This document shows positions 62,201-64,000 of a stretch of 64,000 nt of DNA, one piece after another (position 1 is the first letter of the stretch; each line of letters begins with the position of its first letter). The DNA is from Protoeuglena noctilucae. Lineage: Eukaryota. The stretch is taken from positions 62,001-126,000 of the forward strand of contig OY253686.1 of the NCBI GenBank assembly GCA_958009085.1, in the 5' to 3' direction. A model generated the notes under the pieces. The model saw only the letters and a program-made list of their open reading frames with translations, did not search any database and had not been told where the DNA came from. Both the position numbers and the translations under genes were made by a program.

Positions 62201-64000
62201 GGCCAGGAGCCGGTGCAGCTGCCGGGCGGCCCGCGGTGCGACCGCGTGCTCGGCATCCGGACGACGGGCGGCAGGGCCCAGACGCTGCTGGCCTTCGCCG
62301 ACGACTTCAACGTGCTGCTCCAACGGCTCGTGGGGCGCGACAGGAACCAACTCGACCCGTGGCGGGAGCTGGCCGAGGTGCTGCGGGACTTCCACCGTGT
62401 GTCCGGGCTGAAGGCGAGCCAGACCGAGACGAAGCTCTACCGACTGGGACGCATCAACAAGCGGCAGGAGGCCAAGGCCGCCGCGCAGGGCTGCCCGTGG
62501 GGGGTGGAGCCGGGGGGCGTGCGGCTGCTGGGGGCGCAGACGAGAGAGCAGGCGGCGCTGGTGTGGCCCGGGCGGCTGGGGGAGGCCCTGCGCCGCGCGG
62601 ACGCGGCGTCATCGCTGGGGCTGCCGATCCGGGGTCGGGCGCGCGTCGCCAACGCCTACATCACCTCGCTCGCGGGGTACCACCTGGAGATGTCCCCCGC
62701 CGCCGACCACTCGTGCGTCGCTGACCTGCGGAGGGTCCAGGAGCGCTATGTCCTCAACGCACGATCGGCGGGGCAGGTGTGGTTCCGTGTGGGCCGCATC
62801 ATGCTGACCGCCCCGCCGGAGGAGGGGGGGCTGGGCGCCCTCCCGCTGGACGCGCACACGGCGGCGCGGCGGCTCCGGCACCTGGCACGCGCCCTCATCA
62901 CGAAGCGCGTGGGCGCTCACGGCCAGTTGGGCGGTCTCGCTGGCATCCTCACGGCGTGCCTGGAGGGGCTCGGGGCAGGCCGGCTGGGCCTGCTGCCCTT
63001 CTCACTGCCCGAGACGGACGGTTGCCACGTGGCGCAGTTGATCGAGTCCCGCCGCCTGCGGGGCAAGCTACCGGCGCTCGAGAGCTTCTGCGACGCCATT
63101 AAGGGCCTCGGGTCCCTGCGCGCGACCCTCGGGCCCGTGCACGCGCCGCCACCTCTGGCACCCACGACGGACGAGGTCGCCCAGCAGCGCTGGACCAACC
63201 TGGCGGCGGAGGGCCGGCTGACGCTCAACTTCGACGGGGGCTCGCGGGGCAACGGTTCCGACACGTCCACGGCTGGCGCGGGGGCGGTGCTGGCGGCCGG
63301 GGAAGGCGAGGGGGTGGAGACGCTGGAGCTCGCGGGCCCCGCCGTGCGCGGGGCCTCCAACAACCAGGCCGAGTTCGCCGCGCTTTTGGGAGGGCTACGC
63401 GCGGCAGTCGAGCTCGGCGCCACCAAGCTCCGCGTCCGGGGGGATTCCCTCCTCGTCATCCGCGCCATGGATCCGCGGGACTGCTCGGCGCTGCGGCACC
63501 CGGCGCTGGTGCCGTTGTGGACCGAGGCGCAGAGGCTCGCGGCGGGCCTCGACATCACTTGGGAGCACGTGCCACGGGAGCAGAACGCCCTGGCGGACCG
63601 CCTGTCCAACGTGGCCATGGACGGGCATGGCTGGCGGGGGGCGCGCGTGGGCGGCGGGGGCCTGGCGGGCACGGACGGCTCGCGTTTCGCCTCTTCTACG
63701 GACTTCTTCACCCCCGTCACTGGGACTACAAAGGGGGATCTACTCTGCGCGTCGCTTCTCACCCCGGGGGTCCTCTGTACCGCCGGCGGGGGCGGCCCGG
63801 GCGCGGGGGTGGCAGCCCTGGGGGCGCCGGCGATGGAGGGGGCGGCTGGCCCCCTCCACAACGACATGGGACAGGACCAAGACGATTCGGCCTCATCGCT
63901 CCACAGCTTCGCGACGGGCGTCCATGGGAGGGCTGGTGGGGCGTGGGTGCACGACGGCGCGCCGGGCGACGACAATACGGATGATGGGATCGACGAGGGG
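59245..64000 (+). mobile_element. L1-like non-LTR retrotransposon (APE-RT-RNase H), running off the window end
   Basis: Return to high GC; contains ORF2 (next feature); 5' boundary coincides with the ATPase truncation. Confidence 0.93.
59613..64000 (+). CDS. LINE ORF2: apurinic-like endonuclease, reverse transcriptase, RNase HI; frameshift at 61839-61840
   Basis: APE: SVNVRGL, LQEVK, VYAP, VGDFN, YTW, RIDR, DH. RT: GADGI, RYRPISLL..LYK, DQLGFVPGR, DFEQAYD, GVKQGCPLSP, FADD. RNase H: FDGGSRGN, NNQAEF.ALL.GL, GDSLLV, HVPREQN.LADRL.N. Confidence 0.95.

Overview
GC-rich, gene-dense, intron-containing eukaryotic DNA, most consistent with a chlorophyte green alga (inferred from plant/algal-type protein motifs and TGTAA poly(A)-type signals). 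Bases 1-52.4 kb hold about 20 spliced host genes. These include telomerase TERT (N- and C-terminal exons either side of an N gap that must hide its core), Nup58, an O-methyltransferase, DJ-1/PfpI, ADPRM, an EF-hand protein, an RluA pseudouridine synthase, a Nup42-like protein, a RING-H2 E3 ligase, SCC2/NIPBL, a LigB/DODA dioxygenase, dihydroorotase, an ankyrin protein, mitochondrial HSP70, CSN6 and MGMT. GC-AG introns are unusually frequent. The last ~11 kb is accessory. It contains a spliced gene combining a T5orf172/GIY-YIG-like nuclease, a C4 zinc ribbon and Myb-like repeats, followed by a 3' fragment of an L1-like LINE. Next comes a ~3 kb AT-richer, intronless block that looks like a remnant of an endogenous Polinton-like virus: an A32-type packaging ATPase, a penton-like ORF, orphan ORFs, a duplicated promoter motif and hairpins. 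The window ends in an L1-like LINE ORF2 (APE-RT-RNase H) that truncates the ATPase. All assignments come from manual motif reading with no database searches. Exon boundaries were inferred by hand, and several frameshifts fall in homopolymers and may be sequencing errors.
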